Below are positions 56,072 through 64,000 of a stretch of DNA of 64,000 bases, piece after piece. The translations under genes and the position numbers were made by a program. Below the pieces are notes generated by a model. The model saw only the letters and a list, made by a program, of their open reading frames with translations, searched no databases and was not told where the DNA came from. Every line of letters begins with the position of its first letter. Within the stretch, counting starts at the first letter, position 1. Source of the DNA: Bacteroidaceae bacterium (GTDB taxonomy: Bacteria; Verrucomicrobiota; Lentisphaeria; Oligosphaerales; Oligosphaeraceae). Location of the stretch: positions 1,307-65,306 of the forward strand of contig CAVFEH010000009.1 of the NCBI GenBank assembly GCA_963621575.1, written 5' to 3'.

Positions 56072-57580
56072 CTAGCGCATCACGCCCCCGCCCTGGGGCA
56101 GGGCTCCCCCCATGCCGCCCATGGCACTGCTGCCCGTGGCCTGGGTGGGAGGCATGAAATCCTGGTTTGGCTTGTTGGCGGGATCCTGGAGGACCTGGTA
56201 GTAGGGAGTCCTGTCCAGGGGGCGGACAGTGATGGGGTCTCCCTCGGGGGCTCCGCCGGCGAAGGTCAGCTTCTGCACCCGGACGGCGGGCTCGCCGTTG
56301 GCGGAGGTCTCCAGTTCCAGCATCTGGTAGTATTCCACGGTCTCCTGGGCGTCCTCGCCGGTTCCGTAGGAGCCGCCGTAGGTGCCGCCCAGGGAGTTGC
56401 CGCGACTTGTTCCGGAGGTCATGGAAAGAGCGCTTGCGGGAGACTTGCGGAGGACAAACTCCGTGCCGGGGGTGATGTTGAAGGAGAGCTGCATGTCGCC
56501 CTGCATCTGCGCGCCGCCCATGCCGCCCATTTGCCCCTGCATTCCCTGCGCCCCCGTCATGCCCGGCACCTGTCCCTGCCCCTGCTGCATACCGAGGATG
56601 CCGCGGCGCGGGTTCCGACGGAGATTGGCGGCTTCTTCGGCCTCCTTGATCATTTCATCCACGGTGGTGCGCCGGACGGGTGCGCCGTAGATGTGGTTGC
56701 CCAGGTACTGGAGGACGATGGTGTAGTCGGGTTTCCGGATCTTCTCCGCGCCGGCCACGATCACGTAGGTCTCGGTGTCGTTGGAGATGGTGATGGAGTT
56801 GTTGTCCCTGTCGAATGCGGTGAGCTTGAAGCCGTTCATCCTGGGGATCGCGGCGCCCATCTTCACGTCGATGGCCTTGGGCTCTCCGGTGATTTCGACA
56901 TTGGCCTTCCAGTCCCTGGGATTGGCGGAGCCGTTTTGCTTGATGCGGCGGAGAGTGACGGGGATCTCCTCCTGTTCTGCGGAGGCGACGCGGAGGAGAT
57001 ACGCCAGGGGGGGCCTGGAGTCGGGGTCATCCATGGCGGTGCCGGCGCGGTATTCCTCGATGTTGAGGAAGCCGTCCTGGTCGGCGTCCATCATGGCGTC
57101 GAGCGGGTATCTGTAGTGAAGGAAGGTGGTTTCCTTTTCCACGAGATCGGGGATGCCGTCCTGGTCCAGGTCATCGGTCTCGGTGGTTTCGGGTCCGATG
57201 GCTTCCTGAGTGGTGTTGCACCAGGGGCAGACATTGGCAGAGTATGGGAGAATATAGCCACACTTGGTGTTTTTACAAATAACCAGGTTGCCTCCCTCAA
57301 GGAGCCCCGTGCGCCCGGCGCCGTTGGGGGAGACGGAGAGGTCCACCTTCGTCATGGGATTGGCGAGGATCTCGTCGAGGGAGGGGAAGGAGGCGGTGTC
57401 GAGCTCCTCGACCATCTTGTCGCAGCGGACGATGGTCTCCGGCTGGGTGCGCTTGTTGACGTCGGCGGTCTGTTGGCTCATCTCGTTCTGCGTCCTGGAG
57501 ACGATTTGCAGGCTCATGAGAAGCAGGAGCAGGCAAATCATGAGGATCAGCTTCTCGTAATGGCGAATGATGAAGTCCAC
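56072..57580 (-). CDS. Membrane-anchored pilus-system-associated protein (positional equivalent of Amuc_1099) with a zinc-ribbon and two DxDxDG calcium-binding-like motifs
   Basis: The N-terminal TM helix is KLILMICLLLLLMSLQIV. There is a CKNTKCGYILPYSANVCPWC motif, plus DDLDQDGIPD and DADQDGFLNIEE. Gly/Met/Gln-rich tracts are present. Homology to Amuc_1099 is inferred from position, not from recognised sequence. Confidence 0.6.
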   Translation of the reverse strand: MDFIIRHYEKLILMICLLLLLMSLQIVSRTQNEMSQQTADVNKRTQPETIVRCDKMVEELDTASFPSLDEILANPMTKVDLSVSPNGAGRTGLLEGGNLVICKNTKCGYILPYSANVCPWCNTTQEAIGPETTETDDLDQDGIPDLVEKETTFLHYRYPLDAMMDADQDGFLNIEEYRAGTAMDDPDSRPPLAYLLRVASAEQEEIPVTLRRIKQNGSANPRDWKANVEITGEPKAIDVKMGAAIPRMNGFKLTAFDRDNNSITISNDTETYVIVAGAEKIRKPDYTIVLQYLGNHIYGAPVRRTTVDEMIKEAEEAANLRRNPRRGILGMQQGQGQVPGMTGAQGMQGQMGGMGGAQMQGDMQLSFNITPGTEFVLRKSPASALSMTSGTSRGNSLGGTYGGSYGTGEDAQETVEYYQMLELETSANGEPAVRVQKLTFAGGAPEGDPITVRPLDRTPYYQVLQDPANKPNQDFMPPTQATGSSAMGGMGGALPQGGGVMR

Positions 57581-57636
57581 TGTCTATCCTTCCCTGTGTT
57601 CGTTGCTGGGGTAATGGTGCGGCTGATCGCTCCTGT

Positions 57637-58764
57637 TTATTCTGCCTCGGGCGCGGCGTATTCGATCAGATCCAGGGTGAGGTCCGCCCGGATGGAGCGG
57701 GAGGGCCGGAAGATGAAGTTGTCCTGGCGTTTGGGCTCCTCATAGACGAGCAGGGCCTCGTTGATATTGGCCAGTCCCTGGATGCCTTCCAGGCCGCCGC
57801 CCATGGCGGAGGAGAGTCCGGAGGCGGAGCGGCTGGCGCCGCGGGAGGAGGTGCCGGTAAGGCCGGTGTTCTTGGAGCTCCGGCGGCTTTCGCGTCCGGA
57901 GGAGGCCTTTTCGCTCCGGCGGCTGGTGCGGCTGGGGGACATTCCGCCCATGCCGCCCAGGGTGTTTCCGGAGGCGCCGGGTTTCTTGGCGTCGAGCTGC
58001 TGGCGGCGGACGAGTGCGATCTGGGAGTATTCCGCCGTGGCGTTCGCGCTGTTTTCGTCTTCAAGTTCGATGGCGCGCAGGAAGAAGAGGAGGTGGCGGT
58101 CCTGGAGGAGGTTGTTGACCAGCTTCTGGATCACGGCGGGGCTGGCGTAGATGGAGAGGGTGATGGGGGTGATGGTGTACCCATCGGCCTCTTCGACCTG
58201 GAGGGAGCGGGGGAAGTCCAGGTCCTCCACGCGTTTCACGCCGGCTTTTCCCAGGTGCCGGATGAGTTCCTCATAGATGGCGGCCTGGCGGAAGACGGGG
58301 AGGAAGTCCGCGCTGGTGAGGGTGGCGTTGTCCTGGTTGAGTTCGGCCAGCTTGCCGCCGAGGGTCATGCCGCAGTCGAGCTTGTAGGTCGTCAGGGCGA
58401 GAGTTGTGATCTGGCTCAGCTTCTGGTCCAGCATCTCCTGCGCGCGGGAGGAGTTCGGGGGGAGTTCGGGGCGGATGGCGAAGCGCTGGTAGAGCTCCTG
58501 GCGGTTCCTGCGGACCTGCTCTTCGGCGATCTCGCGGTTGCGTTCGGCCTGCAGCACGTTCTCCAGGACGCCGCTGCCATTCTTGCTGAGTTTCCAGCCG
58601 TCCTTGTTGACCTTGTTGAACCAGTTTTCCTGCTCCTCGATCTCCTTGACGGTCTTCTGGTATTCGTTGCGGTTCTTCACCGTGTCGGCGAGGAGGATGC
58701 CCAGCAGCACCAGGAACACCAGAGCGCAGAGAAGGATTCCCCAATGTTTTTTGATGAGATTCAT
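57637..58764 (-). CDS. Amuc_1100-family pili-like outer-membrane/periplasmic protein
   Basis: The architecture and several blocks are colinear with the A. muciniphila Amuc_1100 sequence as I recall it. These are the N-terminal TM anchor, a coiled coil, YTITPITLSIYASPAVIQKLVNNLLQDRHLLFFLRAIELEDE (versus WTPMPLEIAFQGDRESVLKAMNAITGMQDYLFTVNSIRIRNE), a low-complexity linker, and then a terminal beta segment, IRADLTLDLIEY (versus VFVQVSLNLVHF). Confidence 0.7.
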   Translation of the reverse strand: MNLIKKHWGILLCALVFLVLLGILLADTVKNRNEYQKTVKEIEEQENWFNKVNKDGWKLSKNGSGVLENVLQAERNREIAEEQVRRNRQELYQRFAIRPELPPNSSRAQEMLDQKLSQITTLALTTYKLDCGMTLGGKLAELNQDNATLTSADFLPVFRQAAIYEELIRHLGKAGVKRVEDLDFPRSLQVEEADGYTITPITLSIYASPAVIQKLVNNLLQDRHLLFFLRAIELEDENSANATAEYSQIALVRRQQLDAKKPGASGNTLGGMGGMSPSRTSRRSEKASSGRESRRSSKNTGLTGTSSRGASRSASGLSSAMGGGLEGIQGLANINEALLVYEEPKRQDNFIFRPSRSIRADLTLDLIEYAAPEAE

Positions 58765-58827
58765 TGCCGTTGGAAGGGAGGATAGGGTTTGAAGTTCTTT
58801 TCCTTGTGTGGCGTCCCGCGTTTGGTG

Positions 58828-60864
58828 CTAGAGGCCCATTCCGCCGCGTCGGCCGGTGCTGCCGCCGCTCTTGGCCTCGCTCCAGGGATACGCCTCGAGT
58901 TGCGCGTTGAACTTCACCTGGATCTGGAAGTCCACGCCATTCTCCAGGATTTCGTTCTTCTGGCGTCCGGTGATGGTGGTGTAGCCTTCCTCATTGCTGA
59001 AGAGCTGGGACTTTTTCAGGTTCCGCAGGAAGAGCAGCTCCCCGGCCTGGTCCAGGTGGCTGTCGTCCTTCTGGCGGACAATCTCGTTGCCCTCCTCGTC
59101 CAGCATGGGCTCTTCGTCCGCCACGTCCTCCTCGGTCTTTTCGGGGATCTCGAAGGGATACTTGGGTTCGGGGGCCAGCTCGGGGTCGCGGCTGAAGACG
59201 GGGTCGCGGGAGGTGATGGTGTGCGCCTCGATTTCCAGTCCGCCGATGGTGGTGAGGGAGGGCAGGTTGGATCCGGAGCCCATGCCCATCATGTCGTCCA
59301 TGCTGCCCAGGCTCATCATGTCGCTGCTGGCGCCCATGCCGCCCAGGTTGAACATGTCGTTCATGCCGCCGCTGCTCCCGGCGCTTTCTTCCTCCACGAT
59401 GCTGGTCTGCTCGACCTGCTTCACGTCGCCGAAGACGGGGCGGATGCTGTCAATCCATACATTGTCGGGGCGCGCGCGGAAGATCTCCTCCAGGACGAGG
59501 GGCCACTGTGTGCGCTGCATAAGGAAGGCGGAGAGTTCGGTGACCTGGGACTGTGCGCTGTCCACGTTTCCGAGGGCGCCTTTCAGGTCATTGTAGGCGG
59601 GTTCGAACTTCCCGCGGGTGGTCTGGTAGGCCCCCAGCTGGGTCTTGGTCTCCTCCACGGCGCGGCGCATGCTGGTGTCGATGAGGAAGAACATGACCAG
59701 CAGGGTGAACATGGAGGCCACGAAATAGGGCTTCTTGTAGAAGAGGGACTGTTGCTGCGCCACGTCGCGGGGCAGGAGGTTGATTTCAACGGGGCAGGTC
59801 TGGGAGTATCGCAGGGCCAGGCCGACCACTTCGCTGAAGGTGTGCGCCACCTCGGAGAGCCGCTGTTTGTCAATGGAGGGATCCAGCTGGATGCAGCCCA
59901 GGGGGTTGAAATATTCCACGGGCAGGCCGAACTTCTCGGCGAAGAACTGGTCGCAATAGCTGAGGATGGTGGTGCCGCCGGTCAGATAGATTTTCACGGG
60001 GTCGCTGCCGTGCTGCTGGCTCTTGTAGATCGCGATGGAGCGGGCGATTTCGCCGTGGATGCGCCGCATGACATTTCGGACGATCTTGGAGACGTCGGAG
60101 CTGGCCTCGGCGCCGTTCTCGTCCCCCTCGTCGGTGCGGGCCACATAGCCGTGCCGGCGCTTGAATTCCTCGGCCTCCGGCTGTCCGATGGAGAACTTCC
60201 GTGCGATCTGCTGGGTGATGGAGTGTCCGGCGATGGGGATTGTGCGCGCGTAGAAGCGGTTGCCCTCCAGGAAGAGGAGGTTGGTGGTGCGTCCGCCGAT
60301 GGAGATCAGCATCACGCAGCCGTCGGCGCCCAGGCCGTTGGCGCGGGCGGCGTTGTAGCAGGCCACCTGGGCCACGTCGACCAGCTGGGGAGCCAGGCCC
60401 ACGCGGCGGACCGCCTGGACGATCTGCTCTACGATGTCCTTCTTGACCACCACGGAGAGCATGTCCACGGTGTCCTGGTTCTCGTCGTCGCCGGCGATGA
60501 GCTGGAAGTCCATGCTGACCTCGTCCTGTGCGAAGGGGAGGTTTCTGGTGGCTTCGAACTGCGCCAGCTGCCGCAGCTGCTTGCGGTCGTTGTTCAGGTT
60601 GTTCAGCTGGCTGAAGCGGATCAGCGCGGTCTGGCCGGATATGGAGAGCATGGTCCGCTGGGTATGGATGTTGGCCTCCAGCAACATCTGGCGGAGCACG
60701 CCCTCGATCACGCGAATGCGGTTTTCCTCAGAGAGCTCTTCCTCATATTCGCGGTGGGCGAAGTTGACCATCCGCATGCCGCCGGTCTGGTCGAACTCGA
60801 ATTCGCTCAGCTTGATGGCGGCCGCGCCGATGTCAACGGTCAGGAATCTTTCGTTTTTTGCCAT
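58828..60864 (-). CDS. PilM-like actin-fold ATPase fused to a TM + PilN/PilO-like region (Amuc_1101-type)
   Basis: The N-terminus FLTVDIGAAAIKLSEFEF...ISGQTALIRF...ISIGGRTTNLLF...IYLTGGTTIL fits the PilM/FtsA-like fold. A TM helix follows (YFVASMFTLLVMFFLI), then a coiled-coil, a Gly/Met/Ser/Asp-rich tract and a C-terminal domain. 678 aa. Confidence 0.8.
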   Translation of the reverse strand: MAKNERFLTVDIGAAAIKLSEFEFDQTGGMRMVNFAHREYEEELSEENRIRVIEGVLRQMLLEANIHTQRTMLSISGQTALIRFSQLNNLNNDRKQLRQLAQFEATRNLPFAQDEVSMDFQLIAGDDENQDTVDMLSVVVKKDIVEQIVQAVRRVGLAPQLVDVAQVACYNAARANGLGADGCVMLISIGGRTTNLLFLEGNRFYARTIPIAGHSITQQIARKFSIGQPEAEEFKRRHGYVARTDEGDENGAEASSDVSKIVRNVMRRIHGEIARSIAIYKSQQHGSDPVKIYLTGGTTILSYCDQFFAEKFGLPVEYFNPLGCIQLDPSIDKQRLSEVAHTFSEVVGLALRYSQTCPVEINLLPRDVAQQQSLFYKKPYFVASMFTLLVMFFLIDTSMRRAVEETKTQLGAYQTTRGKFEPAYNDLKGALGNVDSAQSQVTELSAFLMQRTQWPLVLEEIFRARPDNVWIDSIRPVFGDVKQVEQTSIVEEESAGSSGGMNDMFNLGGMGASSDMMSLGSMDDMMGMGSGSNLPSLTTIGGLEIEAHTITSRDPVFSRDPELAPEPKYPFEIPEKTEEDVADEEPMLDEEGNEIVRQKDDSHLDQAGELLFLRNLKKSQLFSNEEGYTTITGRQKNEILENGVDFQIQVKFNAQLEAYPWSEAKSGGSTGRRGGMGL

Positions 60865-61140
60865 TTCTCTAAGGGGGCCGTGGGGAGTCTCTGCCCCTGG
60901 GGGAGGAAGGGGTCAGGCAGGGGCTTCGAACTTCACGCAAGGGGGGATGAAAACAGTGTTGGGCGCTAACATACTTTTTTTTCTTCGCAATTCAAGCCAT
61001 GAGCAGCTTTTTTTCGGGCACAGTGGGAATTTTCGGGAGGGTTTTGCGGGTGTTTGATTTTTGGGGGAAGGGCGCCCTTGCGGATTCGCGGTTTTGCGAA
61101 AACGGCGCGGGGATGCCGGGGAAGTCCGGGTGTTTTTGGG

Positions 61141-61186
61141 GCAAAAAGAAAGAGGCGCCCCGCGGAATGCGGTGCGCCTCTTTTTG
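61141..61186 (-). terminator. Intrinsic terminator after guaB (hairpin with U-tracts on both strands)
   Basis: The stem pairs AAGAGGCGC with GCGCCTCTT. On the - strand it is followed by TTTCTTTTTGCC, and on the + strand by TTTTGCG. Confidence 0.6.
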
Positions 61187-61250
61187 CGATGGGTTGCCGG
61201 CGCCGTCCTGTTTTTTGGATGCGGCGCCGGGCGTTGGATTTTGCTATGGC

Positions 61251-62748
61251 TTAGGACGCGGAGTAGTTGGGGGCGTCCTTCTGCATGATGACGTTGTGGG
61301 GGTGTGCCTCCTGGAGTCCGGCGGCGCTGACCCTCCAGAAGCGCGCGTGCTGCTGGAGTTCGGGGATGGTGCGGGCGCCGAGGTAGCCCAGGGAGAAGCG
61401 GAGTCCGCCGGCGTACTGGTTGACCACCTCTCCCACGGAGCCGCGGAAGGGGATCATTCCCTCGATGCCCTGGGGGACCAGGCGGCTCTCGGAGGTCTCG
61501 GCGGAGACGCCGTAGCGTTCGCGGGAGCCCTTGCCGTGGCGCATGGCGTCCACGGATCCCATGCCGCGGTAGACCACGTATGTGCGTCCCTGGTGGAGGA
61601 TGCGTTCCCCGGGGCACTCTTCGGTGCCGGCGAGGGCGGAGCCCATCATGACATTGCTGGCGCCCACGGCCAGGGCCTTGGCGATGTCGCCGGAGTGTGC
61701 GATTCCGCCATCGGCGATGATGGGGATTTCGTCCCCCACGGCCTTGTATGCGTTGTAGATGGCGGTGAGCTGGGGGATTCCCACGCCGGCGACCACGCGG
61801 GTGGTGCAGATGGAGCCGGGGCCGATGCCCACCTTCACGGCGTCGGCGCCGCACTCGAGCATGGCGCGGGCGCCCTCCTCGGTGCAGACATTTCCGGCGA
61901 TGACATCGACCTGGGGATACTGGCGCTTGATCTCGCGGACGGTCTCCATGACATTCTTGGAGTGTCCGTGGGCGGAGTCCACCACCAGGGCGTCGGTGCC
62001 CACGCCCACCAGTGCGTCAATGCGCTCGGCGTCGTAGATTCCCACGGCGGCGGCGACCCGGAGTCGGTGCTGGCTGTCGCGGTTGTAGTTGGGCTCCATC
62101 TTGTCGATGAGAGTGCGCACATCCTGGAGGCTGTAGAGCCCGGCCAGGCGGCCCTCCTTGTCCACCAGGGGCAGCTTGCCGACCTTGTTCTTGAGCATGA
62201 TCTCCAGGGCCTGGTTCATGTCGGTGCCCTTTGGCGCGGTGACCAGGCTGGTGGTCATGACGGACTCGACGGGGACGTCGTAGCTGGTCATGAACTTCTG
62301 GTCGCGGTGGGTGAACAGGCCGCAGAGGCGGTTCTCCTCGTCAAGGATGGGGAATCCGCTGAACTTGTAGTCCTTGCTGGCGCGCTCGGCGATGATCTCG
62401 TAGACCTTCTGTCCCTTGTGGAAGGTGACGGGGTTTTCGATGACGCCGTTGAGGTAGTGTTTGACGGCGGCGGCCTCGGCGGCCTGCCGTGCGGGGGTGA
62501 GGTTCTTGTGGATCACTCCGATGCCGCCCAGCTTGGCCATGGCGATGGCCATCTTGTGCTCGGTCACCGTGTCCATTGCGGCGGAGATGAAGGGGACATT
62601 CAAGCCGATGTTGCGGCTGAACTTGGAGACGGTGGATGCCTCGCCGGGGAGGAAATCCGCGTAATAGACTTCCATGGAGACGTCGTTGAAGGTCAACGCC
62701 TCATGGGGGAAGGATTCCATAAATTTGGCAATGTGCTCGTTCACCATA
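61251..62748 (-). CDS. guaB: IMP dehydrogenase
   Basis: LTFNDVSM...[29 protein letters not shown], a CBS pair, and the catalytic [11 protein letters not shown] and [13 protein letters not shown] are present. The start is MVNEHIAKF at 62748. Confidence 0.95.
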
Positions 62749-62937
62749 GGGGGGATTCCTCTTGCTGGGTGTGGGTGGATGTTTCTGACCCGGGCTCCGC
62801 GGCCCGCCTTCAGGCGGTGGCGCGGGAAAGATACCCGTTCGGGCCATTGCCACCATACTATAATGGCGGGAGGCCGGTTTTTCCTCCCGCCATTGGCATT
62901 TTGATGAAAGAATTGTCCGGAATTGTCCTGTCTGGCG

Positions 62938-63237
62938 CTATTCTGCGCCAAGGGCAATGGCGGCCAGGCCGACGCAGCCAAAGAGGAGGACGCATCCGGC
63001 GATGAGTGCCACCGTGAGGATGATGGTCACCTTTGCCAGATTCGCACGGCTGGGTTTGGAGTTGTCGCAGGCGTAGACGATAAGCATGATGAAATTGACG
63101 ATGGGGATTGCGGTGAGAATGATCCAGATGAGCCAGTCCATCTTGGTGACGGTGGGGCTCAGTTCCTGTCCGCAGTAGTTGGCGTAGGGATGGATGACCT
63201 GGGGGCCGTTGGGGGTCTGGTTGTCGTTCTGGATCAT
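62938..63237 (-). CDS. Small membrane protein (about 99 aa), unknown function
   Basis: MIQNDNQTPNGPQVIHPYANYCG... is followed by two hydrophobic helices (WLIWIILTAIPIVNFIMLIVYA; VTIILTVALIAGCVLLFGCVGLAAIALG). The remainder of the 286-aa track ORF overlaps bioC and is rejected. Confidence 0.5.
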   Translation of the reverse strand: MIQNDNQTPNGPQVIHPYANYCGQELSPTVTKMDWLIWIILTAIPIVNFIMLIVYACDNSKPSRANLAKVTIILTVALIAGCVLLFGCVGLAAIALGAE

Positions 63238-63272
63238 GGTGTCGTTTCTCCTGTGGGTGTTTGGCGGGGCCT

Positions 63273-64000
63273 CTAGGGGAGTCGTCTTGCGATTGCGAGG
63301 ACGGGGTGGTATGTGAGGGAGACCTGTCCGTCGGGGAGGGGGAACTTCTCCCGGTATTGTTTTTGGAATTCCAGGAGTCTTGCGCGGGACCATGGGGGCG
63401 TGCCGTCGCCGGTGGCGGTGACTCCCGTGGCCTTCAGGTGTTTCAGGACGTCCAGGGGGGAGGGGAAAGGCAGGGTATGGAGGCCTTGTTCCAGGCGCAG
63501 GGGCCGGTAGCCTTCCTGGGCGAGCATCTCTCTCCACTGTTCCGGCGCGGGATATTCCAGCCCCCGTCCCGTGAGCTGCCGGATTTCCCGGAGGTTTTCC
63601 GGACCGAAGGTGGTGAAGGCCAGTGTTGCGCCGGGTTTCAGGGCGTCGTGGAGGCGCGCCAGGAATGCCTGTGGCTCCTTCAGCCACTGGAAGACGGCGT
63701 TTGCCAGGCAGAGATCCAGTCCCTTGGGGAGCTCCAGGGTCTCCAGGTCGCCGGCGCGGAAGTGCGCGTTGGCGCGATGCCGGTGGAAGCGCGCGCATTC
63801 CGGAACCAGGTCCACCAGGAGGAGTTCGCGGACGGAGAGCTCCTGTTCCAGCAGATCGGTGAGGATGCCGGTGCCGCAGCCGGCCTCCAGGAGGCGCGGG
63901 AAGCCGGTGCCCGCCTGCGCTTCCAGGGCGTCCAGGAGGTCGCGTGCCATCTTCGCCTGTAGGATGGCGGCGCTTCCGTAGGAGTCCAGGCTCCGGGCGA
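63273..64000 (-). CDS. bioC: Malonyl-ACP O-methyltransferase-like class I SAM methyltransferase; the N-terminus lies beyond the right edge of the window
   Basis: The SAM motif LLEAGCGTGILT is present, along with ANAVFQWL, VLKHLKATGVTA and the terminal VSLTYHPVLAIARR, all typical of BioC. The frame stays open upstream of the ATG at 63950 to the end of the window (..ARSLDSYGSAAILQAKMARDLL), so the true start is outside the window. Confidence 0.72.
   Translation of the reverse strand, partial: ARSLDSYGSAAILQAKMARDLLDALEAQAGTGFPRLLEAGCGTGILTDLLEQELSVRELLLVDLVPECARFHRHRANAHFRAGDLETLELPKGLDLCLANAVFQWLKEPQAFLARLHDALKPGATLAFTTFGPENLREIRQLTGRGLEYPAPEQWREMLAQEGYRPLRLEQGLHTLPFPSPLDVLKHLKATGVTATGDGTPPWSRARLLEFQKQYREKFPLPDGQVSLTYHPVLAIARRLP

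Overview
The window has two parts. Positions 1 to about 1,950 are AT-rich. They carry a 5'-partial DUF4417-like gene and an overlapping XRE repressor / ImmA-IrrE metalloprotease pair. I read this as the right-hand edge of a horizontally acquired prophage- or ICE-like element.

From about 2.4 kb onward the DNA is very GC-rich and densely packed with ordinary core genes in three long co-directional blocks:
- Minus strand, 3.9-29.7 kb: recF, cimA, uvrC, an Rne/Rng ribonuclease, fmt, a beta-CASP RNase, rnd, fhs and LPS/glycosyl transferases.
- Plus strand, 30.1-52.2 kb: purL, tatD, pgi, rpmA, mtaB, nif3, gyrB, gyrA, ahcY, mtaD and a PfkB kinase.
- Minus strand, 52.5-64 kb: a four-gene pili-like cluster, guaB and bioC.

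The pili-like cluster (52,475-60,864) matches the architecture of the Akkermansia muciniphila Amuc_1098-Amuc_1101 locus: secretin, unknown protein, Amuc_1100-like protein, PilM-like protein. This suggests a GC-rich Verrucomicrobiota relative, which is an inference only.

I found no CRISPR array, rRNA or tRNA, and no recognisable defence system. I cannot point to a clearly new system. The items most worth a second look are:
- the divergent Amuc_1100-type locus, where all four proteins carry Gly/Met-rich low-complexity segments and the secretin has a run of 19 Asp codons;
- an Rne/Rng ribonuclease whose S1 domain is split by a ~320-aa disordered insert;
- an uncharacterised 759-aa membrane protein paired with a LolA-like gene;
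- a fused radical-enzyme activase/dehydratase;
- a 775-nt structured non-coding region upstream of gyrB;
- the island edge itself.

Because of the GC content, the six-frame track holds many very long spurious ORFs and 5' extensions. I trimmed or rejected these. All family assignments come from motif and sequence recognition by eye. No database search was run.
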